From a virus (Duplodnaviria; Heunggongvirae; Uroviricota; Caudoviricetes), in IMG/VR virus record IMGVR_UViG_2671180896_000003, positions 1 through 42,003 of that record: a DNA stretch of 42,003 nucleotides. One strand, given 5' to 3'. Below are positions 35,490-42,003 of the stretch, piece after piece. Below the pieces are notes generated by a model that did not search any database, was not told the origin of the DNA, and saw only the letters and a program-made list of their open reading frames with translations. Position numbers and translations under genes: made by a program. Position 1 is the first letter of the stretch; every line of letters starts with the position of its first letter.

Positions 35490-35741
35490 CTAACTCACCA
35501 AGACGCACCACGAACCACCCAGGCATGGAGCCCACGAAGTAGCCGTCCGGGGCATACGAAAACCGGAATGAGGTGGTGATATTAACGCGCAGTAGGTTTG
35601 AAACGTTCCGCCAGCCTGGCGACAAGGGCAAACACAGAAGTGAGCTTCGCGGTGGTGAATTGCAGAGTTAAAACGCTCAACTGTGAAGATCAGCGTCACG
35701 GCACCACCAGCGAAGTTCACTCAGCAATAGTGGAGAACATC

Positions 35742-35948
35742 ATGGTTCATCAGCACTACGGTACACAGACAGTAAACCGCGGCGCAGTTCAGCCGGGGAT
35801 GCTTGTAAAACACAAAGACTCAACCTGGACCGCATCTGCTAACGCACGCGGTCGCCTGTATCTTCACCGTGGCATCGAACGTACCTACACCAAAGATTTG
35901 CTGGTTGAGGTTTATCTAAACGGTTTAGGACATGGCCTTAGCCATTAA
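35742..35948 (+). CDS. Hypothetical small early protein (68 aa)
   Basis: ATG 35742 with GGAG 6 nt upstream; first ORF after the PL-like promoter. The ORF track TTG start at 35598 has a poor RBS. Confidence 0.4.
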   Translation: MVHQHYGTQTVNRGAVQPGMLVKHKDSTWTASANARGRLYLHRGIERTYTKDLLVEVYLNGLGHGLSH

Positions 35949-35959
35949 CGGAGTGAGTT

Positions 35960-36121
35960 ATGCAGGAGAAAAAATGCGCGTACTGCCGCAAGCCGATCAA
36001 GCAAGGGAAGGAAGTTAAAAACGAACTGCTCTTTATCCACGGCACGCAGTTGAAACGCGAGCAACGTGATTACTGTTCAGTACGTTGCGCTTCGTTCGAC
36101 CAGATGGCCCACGAAGCATAA
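35960..36121 (+). CDS. Small zinc-finger-like protein (53 aa), not in ORF track
   Basis: MQEKKCAYCRKPIKQGKEV...YCSVRCASFDQMAHEA; CxxC...CxxxC; RBS GGAG 8 nt upstream of ATG. Confidence 0.4.
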   Translation: MQEKKCAYCRKPIKQGKEVKNELLFIHGTQLKREQRDYCSVRCASFDQMAHEA

Positions 36122-36256
36122 CGAAAACCCCGCGCAAGGCGAGATTCACGTCCGGTGCCACCGACCAAAGTTACACCGGAATTTATACCAAACCAAAAAA
36201 CATCCAATGGGCGCTATCTCTGGCCCGGGGATTCTAACACTCAAAAAAGAGGATCT

Positions 36257-39169
36257 CACATGGAATTTTTCCATCTGATAAAAGCCAGTCAGAAGTCTGG
36301 CAAGAAAGATGCAGTGATTTGGTTCACTGCGAAAAGTGTAGCGCGCGCCAATCTCCAACTCGATGTGGCACTGGAAGAAGCCGGAATTGAAGAAACTGGC
36401 CGCGGTAAAGATTATGCCAAACCAATCCGCACCGATTTCCCGGTATATGACGACCTGCCGGAAGAAGGCGCAGTGGATTACACCTGGTGCAAACGCTACG
36501 AACTGCAGAACGATGACCGCACCTGGATGCCAAAAGTCACAGCTGAAAACTCTGACGAGAAAACGGCTCAGACCGTTGATAGTCACATAACTACTGAGTC
36601 AACGCTGCCAGAAACCGCTGGCATCACGCTGGACGAACACGACGACGACTCAACCCTCTACCCGGTAGTGCAGATGCCGTTTCGTAAGCAACTGCTTTCC
36701 CAGTTCACCGCCGACGAACTGCGCCACCACGTAACCCGCGAAGAGTACGAAGCTATCGGCGCGCTGGAGATGGACACTGATAACAGTTACGTCCAGAACT
36801 TGCTGTTAGCTGCTGAGAACTGCCCGGACGTGAAGGGTTACGACACCAAAGACCTGTGGCGCTACACCGATGCCATTCGCAAAGTGTTCAGCCAGGACAA
36901 GCGTCACGAACTCGCGCTGGTACTCCGTTTCACCAGAATGTGGGCGGCGACTGATTACATTGACCGTGGCATCCTGGCGCGTGAATGGGCTGCCGGTAAT
37001 CACATCAGTAGTGTTCAGCGTACTGATTCCGGAACCAATGCCAACGGCGGTTACGTCACTGACCGTGGACCTGATGCATACCATACCCTTGACACTCTCG
37101 ATTTAGAGATTGCATGTGCCCTTCTGCCTATGGACTTCAACCACTTCGAGATCCCGGGCAGCATTCTTCGTCGCGCTAAAGAAATCGTGACCAAAAAAGA
37201 AGAACCGTGGAAATCATGGAGCAGCATTCTGCGCAATCAACCCGGCGTTCTTGGCGTTAACCGCACAGCTATTTTTAACCTGATACGTATCGCGCCGGAA
37301 AATATTCATCTAACTCCTGTCGCTCACCTGGAGTTTGTTAACCGGACCATGACTGCTGCGTTTAATGCTGCTGTTGAGTTATTGCCATTGCATGAAGCTG
37401 AGCCCGCAACACAGGAAATTCCCCAACCTGAAAGTAAGGAGTCTCCACGCAAACCCTTCTGCACTCACGAAGAGAACCTGCAACGCGTACGTGAAGAAGA
37501 AGCACGCCGCCGCGCAGAGGAAGCGACAGCACAACCACATAAAGCCGAACAAGAACTGGTTAAAAATGTCGGCAACGGAATATTCGATGTTACGGCTTTA
37601 CTGCAGAACTCAGCAACTCATGGCACGAAACAGGCTACGGAAACCACCAGCAATGTGCAGGTTCAAGAAACTGTCAGTGATGAAAAAAATGTTGGTAATG
37701 AAATGCAGTCAGGCGAAAGCAGTCTGGAAACTGGTGAAGAGTCACATCCCGGCCAGCAGGCCGATGTAAACCAAAATACGGAATCTGTCGCTCAAAATAG
37801 CGATTCTGTAAACCAGACTGAACCAGTTTTGGCACACGTCGAGCCAGAGGCGCAATCTGACGAACAAGCTGTTTTTTACCCCGATTACTTCGAGCCTGGG
37901 CGCTATGAAGGTCTGCCGAACGAGGTTTACCACGCTGCCAACGGCATCAGTTCCACCCAGGTAAAAGATGCGCGCGTTTCGCTGATGTACTTCAATGCGC
38001 GCCACGTTGAGAAAACCATCGTCAAAGAGCGCTCCTCAGTGCTGGACATGGGAAACCTGGTACATGCGCTGGCGTTGCAGCCAGAACAGCTCGATGAAGA
38101 ATTTAGCGTTGAACCCGTAATTCCGGAAGGTGCATTTACCACCACGGCAACGATCCGCGCGTTTATTGATGAGTACAACGCCAGCCTGCCAGCGCAACTG
38201 AGCGCAGACGATATCAAAGCTTTGCTGGATGAATACAACGCCACCCTGCCAGCGCTGGTGCCGCTGGGCGCTAGCCTGGATGAAACGGCGCAGAACTATA
38301 TGGCGCTGCCAGCTGAATTCCAACGTATCGATGCAGATCAGAAGAAGACAGCAACAGCAATGAAGGCGTGCATCAAAGAGTACAACGCCACCCTGCCAGC
38401 GCAGATTAAAACCAGCGGCAGCCGCGACGCACTACTCGAACAACTTGCGATTATCAATCCTGACCTGGTCGCGCAGGAAGCTCAGAAGCTGCAACCGCTG
38501 AAAGTCTCTGGCACGAAGGCCGATCTGATTCAGGCCGTGAAGGCAGTCAAACCAGATGCAGTGTTCGCCGACGAGCTGCTCGATGCGTGGCGCAACAACC
38601 CGGAAGGGAAAGTGCTGGTTACCCACCAGCAACTTGCCACCGCGCAGGCAATTCAGTCAGCACTGCTCTCGCACCCGACCGCAGGCATGCTGCTAACCCA
38701 CCCGAGCCGCGCCGTTGAGGTGAGCTACTTTGGCTTTGACGAGGAGACGGGACTGGAAGTTCGTGTGCGCCCTGACCTTGAGATCGACCTAGACGGCGTG
38801 CGTATCGGTGCTGACCTGAAAACCATCAGCATGTGGAATGTTAAGCAGGAAAGCCTGCGCGCCAGGCTACACCGGGAAATTATTGAACGTGATTATCACC
38901 TGAGCGCGGCTATGTACTGCGAAACCGCAGCGCTGGATCAGTTCTTCTGGATTTTCGTCAACAAAGACGAGAACTACCACTGGATCGCCATCATCGAGGC
39001 ATCCGCTGAACTACTGGAGCTGGGTATGCTCGAGTACCGCAAAGCGATGCGCAATATCGCAACCGGATTCGACACAGGTGAATGGCCAGCGCCAATCACT
39101 GCTGACTACACCGACGAACTGAACGACTTCGACCTGCGCCGCCTTGAAGCGCTGCGTACTCAGGCATAA
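36257..39169 (+). CDS. recE: Exodeoxyribonuclease VIII (RecE-like)
   Basis: 970 aa from MEFFHLIKAS (RBS AAGAGGA); segments DFPVYDDLPEEGAVDYTWCKRYEL and YIDRGILAREWAAGNHISSVQRTDSGTNANGGYVTDRG parallel recalled E. coli RecE; C-terminal nuclease domain expected. Confidence 0.85.
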   Translation, partial: HMEFFHLIKASQKSGKKDAVIWFTAKSVARANLQLDVALEEAGIEETGRGKDYAKPIRTDFPVYDDLPEEGAVDYTWCKRYELQNDDRTWMPKVTAENSDEKTAQTVDSHITTESTLPETAGITLDEHDDDSTLYPVVQMPFRKQLLSQFTADELRHHVTREEYEAIGALEMDTDNSYVQNLLLAAENCPDVKGYDTKDLWRYTDAIRKVFSQDKRHELALVLRFTRMWAATDYIDRGILAREWAAGNHISSVQRTDSGTNANGGYVTDRGPDAYHTLDTLDLEIACALLPMDFNHFEIPGSILRRAKEIVTKKEEPWKSWSSILRNQPGVLGVNRTAIFNLIRIAPENIHLTPVAHLEFVNRTMTAAFNAAVELLPLHEAEPATQEIPQPESKESPRKPFCTHEENLQRVREEEARRRAEEATAQPHKAEQELVKNVGNGIFDVTALLQNSATHGTKQATETTSNVQVQETVSDEKNVGNEMQSGESSLETGEESHPGQQADVNQNTESVAQNSDSVNQTEPVLAHVEPEAQSDEQAVFYPDYFEPGRYEGLPNEVYHAANGISSTQVKDARVSLMYFNARHVEKTIVKERSSVLDMGNLVHALALQPEQLDEEFSVEPVIPEGAFTTTATIRAFIDEYNASLPAQLSADDIKALLDEYNATLPALVPLGASLDETAQNYMALPAEFQRIDADQKKTATAMKACIKEYNATLPAQIKTSGSRDALLEQLAIINPDLVAQEAQKLQPLKVSGTKADLIQAVKAVKPDAVFADELLDAWRNNPEGKVLVTHQQLATAQAIQSALLSHPTAGMLLTHPSRAVEVSYFGFDEETGLEVRVRPDLEIDLDGVRIGADLKTISMWNVKQESLRARLHREIIERDYHLSAAMYCETAALDQFFWIFVNKDENYHWIAIIEASAELLELGMLEYRKAMRNIATGFDTGEWPAPITADYTDELNDFDLRRLEALRTQA

Positions 39170-39174
39170 GGGGA

Positions 39175-40293
39175 ATGATGATGGAAAACACGAATATCGT
39201 AACCGCTGAACAGCAGACTCCAAACACGATCTCAGCCAGCAATGCCATTTTCAACGTGCAGGCTTTAACCCAGCTTCAGTCTGTCGCCGGGTTGATGGCA
39301 CAGGCAGCCGTAACGGTGCCTGAGCACCTCCGCGGCAATCCGGCAGACTGCATGGCCATCATCATGCAGGCGATGCAGTGGGGTATGAACCCTTACGCCG
39401 TGGCGCAAAAGACGCACCTGGTTAACGGTGTCCTGGGATACGAAGCGCAACTGGTTAATGCGGTGATCTCCAGCTCAAACGCCATCGTTGGCCGCTTTCA
39501 CTATGAGTACGAGGGCGACTGGTCGAAATGTGCCAGCAGCCGCGAGATAACCGTTAAAAAGCCTGCGAAAGGTGGCGGGACGTACGACAAGAAAGAAATG
39601 GTACGCGGTTGGGAAAGTGCTGATGAACAAGGACTGTCGGTACGGGTAGGTGCCGTTATTCGCGGTGAAAGTGATATCACCTGGGGAGAGCCTGTTTTCC
39701 TCTCCAGCGTAATCACACGTAATTCTCCACTTTGGGTATCAAACCCGAAACAGCAGATCGCTTATCTGGCACTCAAATACTGGGCGCGCCTGTATTGCCC
39801 TGCAGTTGTTCTTGGTGTGTACACCCCTGATGAGATTGAACAGCGCACAGAAAAAGAGATCAACCCAACGCCGCAACGCGTTAGCCTGGCTGATATCTCA
39901 GGTGACACCGTCACAACCACGCAAAGCGCACAGGAATCGTCGGTAAATGTCGACTCTCTTGCCGATGATTTCCGCGAACGCATCGAATCTGCTCAGGACG
40001 TGGATAGCGCCAAATCGCTGCGTGCCGACATTGAAACGGCGAAAGCTACGCTGGGATCCGCACTATTCACCGAGCTGAAAAACAAAGCCGTAAAGCGTTA
40101 TTACCTAGTGGATGCACGCAACAAGGTTGAGGAGGCTATTAAATCCCTGCCCCAGCCCGACGAGCCGCATGCATCCGAACGGTTCGCTGAAGCCGAGCGC
40201 ATGCTTGCATCTTCAAAGCGTCACTTAGGCGATGAACTGCACGATCAATTCAGCATCACCCTAGCGGATATGAAACCGGAATACGTGGCCTGA
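39175..40293 (+). CDS. recT: RecT-family single-strand annealing protein
   Basis: 372 aa directly after recE; segment ADCMAIIMQAMQWGMNPY...GYEAQLVNAVISSSNAIVGRFHYEYEGDW parallels recalled RecT core; long acidic C-terminal extension. Confidence 0.7.
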   Translation: MMMENTNIVTAEQQTPNTISASNAIFNVQALTQLQSVAGLMAQAAVTVPEHLRGNPADCMAIIMQAMQWGMNPYAVAQKTHLVNGVLGYEAQLVNAVISSSNAIVGRFHYEYEGDWSKCASSREITVKKPAKGGGTYDKKEMVRGWESADEQGLSVRVGAVIRGESDITWGEPVFLSSVITRNSPLWVSNPKQQIAYLALKYWARLYCPAVVLGVYTPDEIEQRTEKEINPTPQRVSLADISGDTVTTTQSAQESSVNVDSLADDFRERIESAQDVDSAKSLRADIETAKATLGSALFTELKNKAVKRYYLVDARNKVEEAIKSLPQPDEPHASERFAEAERMLASSKRHLGDELHDQFSITLADMKPEYVA

Positions 40294-40331
40294 CGAGACC
40301 GGGAGGGGTAACCCTCCCTCAAGGAGATTAT

Positions 40332-40574
40332 ATGCGACTGATCAATCGAGGAAGTAAGCAATCACCTTTAGCTCGCCAAGCATGCGACATCGCGCTGGCA
40401 GCTCACTTGCAAACATATGGCGACTATGGGCGAAGCAAGATGAAAGAGACTTATACGGTGAAGGTTGAAGGCGTGAAAGTCTGGGTGGAGGTGGTGAACC
40501 GAAAGGCGAGCTACGTGGCCACAGCGATGACCGGCATGCGCCGTCTCCGCTCCCTGCCCGGGCAGGTTGGTTGA
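40332..40574 (+). CDS. Hypothetical protein
   Basis: 80-aa ORF between recT and xis; start uncertain. Confidence 0.4.
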   Translation: MRLINRGSKQSPLARQACDIALAAHLQTYGDYGRSKMKETYTVKVEGVKVWVEVVNRKASYVATAMTGMRRLRSLPGQVG

Positions 40575-40615
40575 AAAAGATTTTGAATGGCCCGAACGGG
40601 CAACTGGAGAGAGCT

Positions 40616-40813
40616 ATGGATGATATTTTGGTAACGTCAGACCTGACCAGTCGCTACAAAATTTCACGCAAAACCCTTTGGTCATGGCAAAGTGCAGACA
40701 CAATGCCTCGGGGCTTCGTATGCCCGTTCCCACCCCCTGACTGGCCCGGCAACCCTAACCGCTGGCGCTCTGAGTCAATCAAAGAGTGGGAGGATAAAAA
40801 GAAGATAAATTAA
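40616..40813 (+). CDS. xis: Excisionase / AlpA-family DNA-binding protein
   Basis: From [24 protein letters not shown]...: AlpA-like HTH; RBS GGAGAGAG; stop overlaps integrase stop on opposite strand. ORF track TTG start at 40571 is less likely. Confidence 0.6.
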
Positions 40814-42003
40814 CTGAAGGGCTCTCCGATGATCTCTTCAAGATGGCTCTGCCAAACGCGGAGCCAGTGTTTCTGATCATCGATATAGTCATGAAGGTTG
40901 TAATGCGCCATAACCCCCACCATCTGATGCCCGAGCAGCTTTTCAATTACGTGCGGCGGGCAACCTAACTCAGAGAGATTTGTGGCTATCGTCCGCCTCA
41001 TATCATGAAGCGACCACTCTGCCATACCTGTTCCATTCCAAATAGAACGGGCGTAATTGGATGCCACAGGTGAATGAACGGGCGAATCTTTGATCCCGCC
41101 ATCAATTTTACGTTGTGAAGTCACCAGGTGATTGGTGTTTATTTTCTTGAGGTGATTTCTGACCAGGTTAACGGCGGCGTCTGAGAGTCCCCTTCTAATA
41201 TGTACCCGAGTTTTATAACTGCCCGCAGGCACGACCCACTCATTATCATCCAATCGAAACCATGATCTCTCACTAAGTCGAATCTCAGCCGTACGGCATC
41301 CGGTAAGCATAATAAATTTCACCAGGAAAACGGACTCTATCGACATATGGCTTTTCAACCACTGATAGATTTTGCGCAGATCGTCATCGTCCATCCTGCG
41401 AGTTCTCTTTTTAGGCTTTTGCCCGACATCAGATGGCAGTAATCCCTCGAGTGGGTTTGAGGCGATCACACTTCTGTTAACGCAGAACCTAAAGGCCCGT
41501 TTGCACAGCGAAAGCATGTAATGAGCCATCACCCTGCTTTCTATAGAATCGAAGACGTTGATCCAGTGCATTTTCGCTGTGTTATCGACTTTGACATTCT
41601 TCATCGGTTCGGCGATATGTTTCTCAAACACCTGGCGATAGTAATCGACTTTAACTAGCCCGTTAGCGATACAGTGCCTTTCAATCCAGTAATTGAACGC
41701 TTCGGCAACGGACATCGCTTCCTGTCGGGTCTGCTTATCCAGCTTCACCTGCTCTCGCGGATCCAGTCCCTCAGTTAACCAGTTTCTGAATTGTTGGCGA
41801 CGCTCTCTTGCCTGGGTGATACTCATTGCAGGATAATCACCAACATTGAGTTTTACCGCTTTACCGGCCCAGCGATACCGATAGAAAAATGATATTTTTC
41901 CGGCCTGGCTGATTCTGGCGTTGAGCCCGTGCGAATCAGAAATAATCTCGATATCATCTCTTTTCTTGCCGAGCGCCTTCCTGAGCTTTGTGTCGGTGAT
42001 CAT
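40810..42003 (-). CDS. int: Tyrosine integrase (P4-like family)
   Basis: 397 aa; N-terminal [10 protein letters not shown]...[20 protein letters not shown] arm-binding-like domain; C-terminal catalytic region with R...HxxR...Y pattern (HDMRRT...[11 protein letters not shown]); start codon at window edge. Confidence 0.85.

Larger units (their letters stand above)
1..42003. mobile_element. Prophage, mosaic lambdoid type with Mu/e14-like contractile-tail module; ends at or beyond window edges
   Basis: Continuous phage gene content from integrase (40810-42003) to DNA invertase (1-549): recombination, immunity, replication, nin, Q, lysis, terminase, portal, capsid, sheath/tube, baseplate, tail fibre. 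No att site identifiable in window. Confidence 0.85.

Noticed and set aside
35490-35741. N-utilisation (boxA/boxB) elements in the early-left leader
   Set aside because: I could not find a convincing boxA-like CGCTCTT motif or boxB hairpin, and no N-like protein is evident.
40332-40574. Lar/RalR-like restriction-alleviation assignment by position after recT
   Set aside because: The sequence does not resemble my recollection of RalR; left as hypothetical.
1-42003. tRNA, rRNA, CRISPR arrays and integration-site repeats
   Set aside because: No T-loop-like GGTTCGAATCC motifs, no regularly spaced short direct repeats, and no att-like duplicated sequence were seen. The prophage ends appear to lie at or beyond the window edges.

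Overview
The window is almost entirely one mosaic lambdoid-type prophage (about 42 kb), running from a tyrosine integrase at the right edge (40810-42003, minus) to a Pin-type DNA invertase at the left edge (1-549, minus). No att sites are identifiable inside the window, so both ends lie at or beyond the edges. From right to left: int/xis; a plus-strand early-left operon with recE/recT behind a strong sigma70 promoter (35461-35489); a short cI-like repressor (34023-34412) followed on the same strand by an unassigned two-gene cassette ending at a strong terminator; divergent cro-like gene; O-like replication initiator with four ori iterons; small early genes; an AT-rich accessory island (about 28417-30460) next to a frameshifted alpA-like pseudogene; an SOS box upstream of a dinI-like gene; nin-type genes (ybcO, rusA, 46-aa coupled ORF); antiterminator Q; a phage-21-type lysis cassette (pinholin, SAR endolysin, i-/o-spanin); terminase small and large subunits; portal; Mu-like head genes; contractile tail (sheath, tube, chaperone with -1 frameshift extension, tape measure); baseplate; and a tail fibre whose C-terminus sits in a Pin-invertible segment with two alternative C-terminal domains and two chaperones. 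Family calls come from reading the translated ORFs and recalling family sequences; no database search was run. Best candidates for an undescribed system are (1) the repressor-linked cassette 34477-35286 in the rex position and (2) the accessory island, especially the 187-aa protein at 28780-29343. A third candidate is an SOS-controlled antirepressor circuit (27689-28326) paired with a non-cleavable repressor. No rRNA, tRNA or CRISPR array was found.
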